24,000 bases of DNA from Lyngbya sp. (GTDB taxonomy: Bacteria > Cyanobacteriota > Cyanobacteriia > Cyanobacteriales > Microcoleaceae). The translations under genes and the position numbers were made by a program. The stretch lies in the NCBI GenBank assembly GCA_035285085.1, contig JAYKHV010000135.1, positions 524-24,523 of the forward strand. The letters are read 5' to 3'. The notes beneath the pieces were generated by a model that worked only from the letters and a program-made list of their open reading frames with translations, was not told where the DNA came from and did not search any database. Positions 23,465-24,000 of this stretch are shown here, one piece after another (position 1 is the first letter of the stretch; every line of letters starts with the position of its first letter).

Positions 23465-24000
23465 CTAATTTTCAAGCCCGATCGCCGCCCCTTCCCGCCT
23501 CGGATCGGCTGCACCTTCTAACACGCCCCTTCCCGTCATTCGGATTAAATTTGCATTTCCCCAACCGTCCCATTCATCAATATTATGTCCCCGACGCCGC
23601 AACTCATCCAACGTTTCCGGGTTCATTCTCCCCTTTTCAACTATTAACTTATCCGGTAGCCACTGATGATGTATTCGGGGTTCCGATACCGCCTCACCCG
23701 CATTCATCCCAAACTCAACCACATTTAACACCAGTTGTAGCGACGTGGTGATAATGGTACTCCCACCCGGCGAACCCCCCGCCATCACAAACTTTCCATC
23801 TTTCGTAACAATAACCGGACTCATACTCGATAACGGCGTTTTCAACGGGGCGATCGCATTCGCCTCTCCCCCAACCAACCCGAACAAATTGGGAACACCC
23901 GGCGCCGCAGCAAAATCATCCATCTCATTATTTAACAAAATTCCCGTTCCCTCCGCAACCACAGCGGCGCCAAAACTCCCGTTAATGGTAAACGTCAAAC
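23465..24000 (-). CDS. ggt: Gamma-glutamyltranspeptidase, C-terminal (small-subunit) part. The ORF continues beyond the window.
   Basis: Contains ...GILLNNEMDDFAAAPGVPNLFGLVGGEANAIAPLKTPLSSMSPVIV...GGSPGGSTIITTSLQLVLNVVEFGMNAGEAVSEPRIHHQWLPD, which are characteristic GGT motifs. The frame is open to nt 24000. Confidence 0.85.
   Translation of the reverse strand, partial: LTFTINGSFGAAVVAEGTGILLNNEMDDFAAAPGVPNLFGLVGGEANAIAPLKTPLSSMSPVIVTKDGKFVMAGGSPGGSTIITTSLQLVLNVVEFGMNAGEAVSEPRIHHQWLPDKLIVEKGRMNPETLDELRRRGHNIDEWDGWGNANLIRMTGRGVLEGAADPRREGAAIGLEN

Noticed and set aside
23443-23751. 102-aa plus-strand ORF overlapping ggt
   Set aside because: It is antisense to a clearly recognisable GGT coding region, and its translation is Pro-rich low-complexity sequence.

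Overview
The window is cyanobacterial chromosomal DNA. The HIP1 octamer GCGATCGC occurs at 4660, 4854, 8450, 8966, 12614, 17434 and 23850, where fewer than one copy is expected by chance. DUF1830, pentapeptide-repeat and RTX genes agree with this assignment. It mixes housekeeping and accessory content. Left to right: (1) the 3' 3.9 kb of a giant Ca-binding adhesin-like gene with TSP3 repeats, cadherin-like domains and RTX repeats; (2) an acidic coiled-coil hypothetical gene; (3) an initiator-type tRNA-Met(CAU) with its terminator; (4) TnpB element 1 with its omega-RNA end; (5) DUF1830, hemW and a PIN/TRAM gene; (6) an HNH-less IscB (IsrB) with an upstream omega-RNA, sitting directly against a DICT plus degenerate HD-GYP signalling gene; (7) two back-to-back TnpB elements, one decayed and one whose ORF reads through into a pentapeptide-repeat gene; (8) a divergent pair of small RTX genes, bracketed by a duplicated relic of the pentapeptide gene's 3' end; (9) the most unusual part, a tandemly duplicated cassette of hairpin-repeat array, conserved ~230-nt leader and an unassignable 445/454-aa membrane/coiled-coil protein; (10) the 3' part of ggt. 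No CRISPR array, rRNA or IS200/IS605 TnpA was seen. All family calls come from motif reading only. No database search was possible.
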